A stretch of DNA of 64,000 nt. It comes from Oscillospiraceae bacterium (lineage in GTDB: Bacteria > Bacillota > Clostridia > Oscillospirales > Oscillospiraceae). The stretch lies in the NCBI GenBank assembly GCA_015068245.1, contig SVKU01000005.1, positions 14,847 to 78,846 of the forward strand. The letters run 5' to 3'. Positions 63,021-64,000 of this stretch are shown piece by piece. Position numbers and translations under genes: made by a program. The notes beneath the pieces were generated by a model. The model was not told the origin of the DNA. It saw nothing but the letters and a program-made list of their open reading frames with translations, and ran no database searches. Numbering within the stretch: the first letter of the stretch is position 1; every line of letters starts with the position of its first letter.

Positions 63021-63055
63021 AGTAATAAGTAATAGTGAATAGTGAAGAAGTGAGG
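63021..63055 (+). repeat. heptamer array, 5 units, starting at the first nucleotide after the truA stop
   Basis: TAA|AGTAATA AGTAATA GTGAATA GTGAAGA AGTGAGG. Every unit contains TAA or TGA, and all three frames are closed within 22 nt. Confidence 0.85.
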
Positions 63056-63056
63056 T

Positions 63057-63081
63057 GTTTTCAAATCAGCGATTTGAAAAC
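63057..63081. repeat. conserved 25-nt hairpin GTTTTCAAAT-N5-ATTTGAAAAC, copy 2
   Basis: The stem is identical to 42866-42890; the loop is cagcg. Confidence 0.85.
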
Positions 63082-63122
63082 AAAACTAAATGGGTCTCGC
63101 GCAACACCACAGAACTTTGCCG

Positions 63123-63157
63123 CCCTGATCCCTGATCCCTGATCCCTGATCCCCTAT
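63123..63157 (+). repeat. perfect heptamer microsatellite CCCTGAT x4 plus one degenerate unit
   Basis: ccctgat x4 (63123-63150), then cccctat. It is the reverse-complement family of 34556-34590 and 37776-37803. Confidence 0.9.
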
Positions 63158-63162
63158 GTAAT

Positions 63163-63205
63163 AAAAATCCGCACTGATCGCAAAGCGAATCAGCGCGGAT
63201 TTTTA
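63163..63205. terminator. bidirectional intrinsic terminator (thrS / truA)
   Basis: aaaaatccgcactgatcgc-aaa-gcgaatcagcgcggattttt. The T-run abuts the thrS stop. Confidence 0.8.
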
Positions 63206-64000
63206 TTACATGACTTTATTGTCGATTTCTTCTTTGATCTTTGCCATGAAGTCGGCAAGTTCCATGGTGCCTTCGTCTCCGCCTGCACGGGTACGGACAG
63301 CTACGGTACCGGCTTCGGCTTCCTTATCGCCCACAACCAGCATGTAGGGGATCTTCTGGCCGATAGCTTCACGGAGCTTGTAGCCAAGCTTTTCGCTGCG
63401 GTAGTCGCCTTCGACACGGATATTGGCAGCGTCAAGTGCAGCTTCAACCTTTTTGGCATACTCGTGAGCACGGTCGGTGATAGGAACGACCTTTACCTGT
63501 ACAGGAGCCAGCCAGGTGGGGAATGCGCCGGCAAAATGCTCGGTCATAACGCCGATAAAGCGTTCGATGGAACCGTAAACAACACGGTGGATCATAACAG
63601 GACGATGCTTCTGACCGTCTGCACCGGTGTATTCCAGTTCGAAACGCTCGGGCATCTGGAAGTCCAGCTGGATGGTACCGCACTGCCATGTACGGCCAAG
63701 GCAGTCTTTCAGATGGAAGTCGATCTTGGGACCATAAAATGCACCGTCGCCGGGGTTAAGGATATACTCAATGTTTCTGGCTTCCAGCACGCTCTTAAGG
63801 GTGTTTTCGGAGAACTCTCTCATTTCTTCGCTGCCGATGAAATCTTCGGGACAGGTGGACAGCTCGACCATGTATTCAAAACCGAAAGCGGAATAGACCT
63901 TGTCGATCAGGTCGATGACCTTGCCGATTTCTTCTTCGGTCTGCTCAGCGGTCATGAAGATGTGAGCGTCGTCCTGAGTGAAGCAGCGGACACGGAACAG
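63206..64000 (-). CDS. thrS: threonine--tRNA ligase, C-terminal part (5' end beyond the window)
   Basis: The frame stays open to position 64000 (..LFRVRCFTQDDAHIFMTAEQ..), which is class II motif 2/3 territory. A C-terminal anticodon-binding domain follows (..VPITDRAHEYAKKV..). The M at 63955 in the track is internal. Confidence 0.93.
   Translation of the reverse strand: MFRVRCFTQDDAHIFMTAEQTEEEIGKVIDLIDKVYSAFGFEYMVELSTCPEDFIGSEEMREFSENTLKSVLEARNIEYILNPGDGAFYGPKIDFHLKDCLGRTWQCGTIQLDFQMPERFELEYTGADGQKHRPVMIHRVVYGSIERFIGVMTEHFAGAFPTWLAPVQVKVVPITDRAHEYAKKVEAALDAANIRVEGDYRSEKLGYKLREAIGQKIPYMLVVGDKEAEAGTVAVRTRAGGDEGTMELADFMAKIKEEIDNKVM

Noticed and set aside
1-64000. Searched for mobile-element, prophage, toxin-antitoxin, restriction-modification or other defence genes
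   Set aside because: None recognised. Every sizeable ORF is accounted for by housekeeping or transport functions, or by a few hypothetical envelope proteins. The repeats therefore have no visible cognate enzyme within this window.

Overview
Core chromosomal segment of a Firmicute, probably a Clostridia (Oscillospiraceae/Ruminococcaceae-like) genome. The taxon call rests on gene order plus a T-box, an L20-type leader and the hprK-murB-rapZ-yvcK-whiA-dnaE block. I support about 60 CDS, almost all housekeeping. They include ftsH, lysC-hom, infC-rpmI-rplT, a sugar ABC transporter, tsaD-rimI, polA, cysS, pgsA-rimO-recX-recA, prmC, a two-component system, dnaE and whiA-yvcK-rapZ-murB-hprK. Also present are rpmB, gpsA-plsY-der, rpmF-yceD, potABCD, truA and a thrS fragment, plus one tRNA-Thr(CGU), a Cys T-box and several promoters and terminators. 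I see no transposase, integrase, phage, CRISPR-Cas or recognisable defence genes. The unusual content is non-coding: nearly every intergenic gap carries a modular repertoire of short structured repeats. (1) Strict 7-nt-period mini-arrays whose only conserved property is a stop triplet in nearly every unit, which places stops in all three frames. (2) A roughly 90-112 nt four-way-junction (cloverleaf-like) element in 4-5 copies. (3) GTAG-headed hairpins occurring as singlets and as perfect inverted doublets (REP/REPIN-like), with no cognate transposase in the window. (4) A conserved 25-nt GTTTTCAAAT hairpin. (5) Hairpin clusters. Several ORF-track starts are over-extended and have been re-called, including a non-AUG (ATC) start for infC. 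All calls come from reading the sequence; no database search or folding program was run.
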